This document shows, piece by piece, positions 61,501 to 64,000 of a stretch of 64,000 nt of DNA; position 1 is the first letter of the stretch; the number at the start of each line of letters is the position of its first letter. This DNA comes from Azolla caroliniana (Eukaryota; Plantae; Polypodiophyta), in the NCBI GenBank assembly GCA_043228905.1, contig JBHGNT010000010.1:18166001-18230000 (forward strand), given 5' to 3'. The position numbers and the translations under genes were made by a program. The notes beneath the pieces were generated by a model. The model saw only the letters and a list, made by a program, of their open reading frames with translations, was not told the DNA's origin and did not search any database.

Positions 61501-62683
61501 CTTTTAGATCACCTTCGAGGGAAATACCTTGATGACAGTTATTTCTCAAAATACTGGACGAAAGCCGAATCTGGTTTAGATGCCGATACTAGCACCCTAC
61601 CCTCGAAGGCGACCTTTCACATTACAAACGGTTTGCTCTACCGTAGTGGAAAGGTCTGTGTTCCAGATTTACCAAATGTTAAACAGAAAATTTTTCATGA
61701 ATGTCATGATGCACCATCTGCTGGTCATCCTGGAATACAACGCACACTCGTTCTCATCTCGTGTACTTTTTTCTGGCCTAAGATGCGCTCTGATGGATAT
61801 TGTTAGTGATCGAGATTCCAAGTTTACTAGTGACTTTTGGACTCAGGTCTTTAAGAAACTAGAAACTACGTTGAGCATGAGTTCCGCAGATCATCCTCAG
61901 TCTGATGGACAAACTGAACGAGTTAATCAAATTATTGAGGACATGCTTCGAGCTTATGTAGCAAAAACCCCTTCTAAGTGGGAGCAATACCTTCCTATCT
62001 TAGAATTTGCCTATAATAGCTCTAAACATACATCCACTAGATATAGTCCTTTTATGTTGATGTATGGTTTTCAGCCACGTGCCCCAGTTGATGTCACGAT
62101 TCATCGTGATACATTAGACAGTACACGCAATTTTTTGCAAGACATGAACCAAATGTTGCATATTGCCAAAGAAAATGTCAAGATAGCTCAAGATCGTGCT
62201 CGATTTTATGCTGATCAGGATAGACGTCCTCGTGCATTTACTATTGGTCAAAAAGTTTTTTTGCGTGTCCCGACTGATTCTACGTCATTATCTACGGGCA
62301 AGTGCACTAAGTTAGCCCCACGATATTGTGGCCCATTTGAAATCCTTAAGCGAGTTGGGTCATCTGCTTATCACCTTGCCTTACCTCGTAACGTTGATAT
62401 TCATCCTGTTTTTCACGTCAGTCGTCTAAAACCATTTTTAGGCTCTGGTGATAACACCATCACAATCCAAGATCTTGTAACATTAGAGGATTTTTCTTAC
62501 AAACCTCATGTTCCTGAACGAATTCTTGATTCTCGTACTAAACGTTTACGTTCTAAAGAGATTCGGCTATTCAAGATCAAATGGATGGATAAACCTATTG
62601 ATGATGCCACATGGGAACGCGAGCATTCGCTTAAGGCACAATTTCCTCACTTTATATTGCAAGAGTGCAATCTTTTGAAGTAG
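58570..62683 (+). pseudogene. gag-pol of L with frameshifts and integrase deletion; C-terminal chromodomain
   Basis: CAYCKKRGHTKDTC, FLFDSGS, FLDD, ETDASD, GPF, PERILD...KIKW...ATWE; frame breaks near 58970, 59640 and 61790. Confidence 0.92.
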
Positions 62684-64000
62684 GGGAGTATGTTATGTAC
62701 ACATAACGTTGGTGAGGGTAGGTCACTAATATTTACATTAGTGAAGGGTATGTTCACTATTATTAAAAAGGGGACTAATGATTGGATAGAATGAATGATA
62801 TGTGCATGCACTATCATGATTTAGACAACCAATGAATAGAGAGCCTTTTAGAAAGGCACATCTATTCAAGGGGCCTAGGAAAAGGTATAAATATGAGGCT
62901 TAGCTACCCTCATAAGGATCATGACGTCGGAAGGCTGCTGTCGTAGACACCGGTGGTGCGGGCTAGGCTTTCGTCTCGACGATCGTGTTTATCTCTTCCA
63001 AGGTATTAGTCATCCTAATATCCGGCGGTATGGGACGTCGGTGGTAGGTTGTCTATGTCTAGATCATAGCTCGGGGGTGGTCGGGTGGAACGGGTTCTTC
63101 TATCCAATCTATTTTCTTCCTTTTTACTTGATTTGGTCTATTGATTAGTAATAGACTCTTAACATGGGGGACCACTGTTGATTTTGGACTTCGATTTGAA
63201 CTAAAGTGCTTCACGAATTGTGATGGGTATATTCACATGGTTGATGTGCAATACAAAATAGAATCAACATGAAACAAAGTCAAAGAAATATCCCCTTAAC
63301 AACAAATAAAGCATCACAACCATTTGGGAGCATAGCTCTACCAATGGCAATATAATAGATTATAGGAGCACAACTTTCCTTTGAGGGTAATTCAATCAAT
63401 AAGGTTAAGAGAGTTACTAGTTTGGCCCACCAATCTAGATAGAGAGAACTAAGAAATTAAAAGGGAGAGTCCCATGGAGGGATAGATCTTTTCAACTTGT
63501 TCTCTTCTTTTATAGGGAAATTTAGGGAGGGAGGGACAAACAACCATATTGACCATGGTGTTCTATACTTATAATGGTATTATAATATGATATTGGTCAC
63601 CCTTATAGTTTACACTATTGCAATGCATCCACTTCTTCAACACATGCACAAATTGGTTCATTGGTCTTCTTCAAGGTTTATAAATGGCCAATGTCAAACA
63701 TTTCTCAGATTAGGCCTATGTTGATGCTACTTTTTTTATGTCCTATAACAACGTGAAAATATGCACATTATTATGGATACCTTGCAATTTTATTTTATTT
63801 TTCTTATTGGTTTATACTACTTTAGTATTTTTTATCTTTGGCTTGCCCGAAGGCTACAACTCACACGAAGTCATGTTTTATTAGCAGTACATAGTCCATC
63901 AGGGGGTGTACCGAATGGTATGAGTTGCGTCGTCGCCACTTACTGGCACAAACCGCCCTTCACTGTCACCATTTGCATCGTTGCCACTATCTTTGTCGTC

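Larger units (their letters stand above)
56335..63164 (+). mobile_element. Element L: chromovirus Ty3/gypsy, iMet-primed, young LTRs but defective coding region
   Basis: 474-bp LTRs 56335-56808 and 62691-63164 (one mismatch seen); TSD TGGGG; PBS 56810-56821; PPT 62677-62690. Confidence 0.96.
55860..63520 (-). pseudogene. Possible very decayed LINE RT relic flanking element L (55860-56334 and 63170-63520)
   Basis: PFVDDNLV (FADD-like) next to the insertion site and faint upstream RT-like motifs; weak. Confidence 0.3.

Overview
Eukaryotic, gene-free transposon nest, most likely from a land plant. The mix of Tcn1-type chromovirus, tRNA-Trp-primed non-chromovirus Ty3/gypsy and iMet-primed Ty1/copia suggests a bryophyte or other seed-free plant (inference). 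Essentially all 64 kb is nested LTR retrotransposons, plus L1-like and probable hAT relics. Main contents: (A) GC-rich Trp-family gypsy (1-11576), split by (B) an intact, very young chromovirus (5032-10688, TSD CGTAT) with a self-priming PBS and a -1 frameshift signal. (C, D) Non-autonomous relatives of A; in D (15773-21116: identical LTRs, 4-bp TSD) the whole internal domain is one Gag-capsid plus long acidic repeat ORF. An unidentified C-rich coding sequence can be rebuilt in frame across three insertions (14610-24945). Four copia elements, two of them nested in a third, several solo LTRs, and a young but defective chromovirus (56335-63164) make up most of the rest. The best leads are the single-ORF capsid-repeat satellite elements, the CpG-centred 4-bp target sites of the Trp family, two pseudoknot-type frameshift signals, a covarying hairpin next to the PPT, and the reconstructed unknown ORF. 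Coordinates were read by eye and no database searches were run.
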